From positions 6,784,001 to 6,848,000 of the forward strand of contig CAVUSO010000001.1 in the NCBI GenBank assembly GCA_963744145.1: 64,000 nt of DNA, written 5' to 3'. Positions 62,383 to 64,000 of this stretch are shown here, piece after piece. Each line of letters begins with the position of its first letter. Positions within the stretch are counted from its first letter, which is position 1. Source of the stretch: an uncultured cyanobacterium. Lineage in GTDB: Bacteria; Cyanobacteriota; Cyanobacteriia; Cyanobacteriales; CAWUOF01. The notes under the pieces were generated by a model. That model was not told the origin of the DNA. It was given only the letters and a program-made list of their open reading frames with translations, and ran no database searches. The position numbers were made by a program, and so were the translations under genes.

Positions 62383-62976
62383 ACTGAACTTACCCCTATA
62401 AAAATGTACTAAATAGACATCAAATGCTTGTATAGAAAGCAATGCCGGATTTTGACCCTGCCCTAATTGTACACAGGCTTTTCGGAGTTTAAAAACTGTG
62501 GATTTAAAAATTAGACCAATTTATCATTATACAACTGCCCGAGTAAAATCTCATGTATTTCTATGTATGTTAGCTTACTATGTAGAATGGCAGATGCGTT
62601 CTCTTTTAGCGCCGATTCTGTTCGATGAAGATGATTGGGAAGATGCTCGACTTAACCAAAAATCTATTATTTGTGCTGCTGTTAGTAATTCAGCTAAAGC
62701 TAAGGCTAGAACTAAGGGCACGAAGGATGATCTACCTGTTCATAGCTTTCAAACTTTGTTAGCCGACTTGGGGACAATTGTGAAAAATAAAATTCAATCA
62801 ACTCTACAAGGTGCAAATTTTGTTTTTGACAAAATTACTGAACCTACTAGAGTCCAACAAAAAGCTCTTGATTTGCTTGGTATTTCCCTAATTTGTACCC
62901 ATTAAATCGATCCTAAAAATCTTTCAAACCCAAGCTAGTCATAGCAGATGGCTTTTGTCAAAGTGGGAAATTCAGG
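62383..62976 (+). mobile_element. Internally deleted IS1634-like element; transposase C-terminus at 62498-62905
   Basis: AFRSLKT.DL.IRPIYH....RV.SHVFLCMLAYYVEW; PT..QQKAL.LLG; ends CTGAACTTACCC / GGGAAATTCAGG. Confidence 0.75.
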
Positions 62977-63070
62977 TTAAAAACTTAGTTGTAGTATGTC
63001 TGAAGTGCGAAAAGTGGGTTAAAAAAGTAGGGACTTCAAAAACTGTTCGCAGCGCTGGTAATTGGCAACC

Positions 63071-64000
63071 CTAATCCTCTTTCTTACAAGCGTCAACCAG
63101 ACAGGACAGTACATTATTTGCAAGAATCTCTATCGTATCCCGACTGATTGAAGGTTCAGAAAATATGAAATTCAAAAGCATTTTTTCCTGAAAGGTTATG
63201 ACGGCAGCACTAAGCATTCCTCCAAACACAGCCAGTGCTGGAACATAGCTGATTTCTTCTAGTTTAAAGGAACCGTAACCTGTAGGAATATTTACTCGCC
63301 CAACGTTAGTTATTACTACTGTTACAGGAACTTTATTAGGTCTGGATATCAGAGACTCAAATATTTTTTTACCCATTAACACTGTACTAAAAATATCGTC
63401 TCGTTCCAACCCAACTTTTAACTGCTGTGTTACATCTTGCGCTAAATCCCAGAATGATGTACTTTTTCGTATACTGTGAAATGAAGTTAAGCTTGAAGCC
63501 AAAACCCCCAATGGTTCATCGCTCACAATCGGTTTTAGACGTCTCCGCAAATCAACATACGAGCGACAACTAACCCGGATTACATCTGTTTTTTTAGAAC
63601 CGGCAATTTTGGGAAATACTACCAACATTAATGCCGCGCATAAAGCACCTTGCATCGTTGCATTTTTTTGTCTACATAAATTTGCAAGTTGTTGAGTCAA
63701 AGTTTCATCTAGCTGTCTGCGAACGAACCCACAATAACGTAAACTAATAGGTACACATTTTTCAAAATCCATTGTTTTCGGTTGGTTCCAGATTAGCTGA
63801 AACTTAAGTTTAAACAAAAATAGTACACCTTTAATTTTACCTTTAATCCCTTTCATCGATTCAGGTAGTAATTCTTCAAGTGATGGAAGTGCAGGTAAGC
63901 TATCAATCTTGGTAATTTGTTCGCCCTCCACAAGTTTTTGACAGTAAGTAAGTAGCTCTGAATGCAGTCGAATGCTTGATAATCCATCAATTATAGCGTG
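63071..64000 (-). CDS. Condensation-domain / PapA5-like acyltransferase; 5' part outside window
   Basis: Frame is open to the window edge, beginning HAIIDGLS (HxxxDG); VDLRRRL.P, ITNVG. Confidence 0.75.
   Translation of the reverse strand, partial: HAIIDGLSSIRLHSELLTYCQKLVEGEQITKIDSLPALPSLEELLPESMKGIKGKIKGVLFLFKLKFQLIWNQPKTMDFEKCVPISLRYCGFVRRQLDETLTQQLANLCRQKNATMQGALCAALMLVVFPKIAGSKKTDVIRVSCRSYVDLRRRLKPIVSDEPLGVLASSLTSFHSIRKSTSFWDLAQDVTQQLKVGLERDDIFSTVLMGKKIFESLISRPNKVPVTVVITNVGRVNIPTGYGSFKLEEISYVPALAVFGGMLSAAVITFQEKMLLNFIFSEPSISRDTIEILANNVLSCLVDACKKED

Noticed and set aside
1..64000. CRISPR array, rRNA or tRNA genes
   Set aside because: No run of three or more equal repeats with unique spacers, and no cloverleaf or rRNA-like segment recognised

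Overview
Cyanobacterial chromosomal window: AT-rich, with abundant HIP1 GCGATCGC sites, pedR, and Uma2, XisI and pentapeptide genes. Core genes are the mltG 3' end, CPD photolyase, leuC, a pfkB kinase, pedR, hisS, a ClC channel, cheA/cheB and ureDABC. These are interleaved with many two-component genes, including a light-sensing cluster (RcaC-like regulator, two cyanobacteriochrome kinases, a gutted phytochrome). Decaying accessory material includes AAA-ATPase/DUF4276 pairs, TA-like cassettes, an intact IS630 in codon 2 of a gene, internally deleted IS200/IS605, IS982 and IS1634 elements, and REP/MITE-like repeats. The most notable features are: (1) a Swt1-type HEPN domain fused to RNase III-dsRBD, heading a mosaic of small cassettes separated by duplicated mnmA and xisH gene tails; (2) a four-deep nested 24-nt element inserted in frame in a Uma2 gene; (3) two tandem ~132-nt structured repeats and a perfect operator-like palindrome upstream of a DRB0094-type RNA ligase. 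No rRNA, tRNA or CRISPR array was seen. All family calls come from motif recognition by eye, not from database searches.
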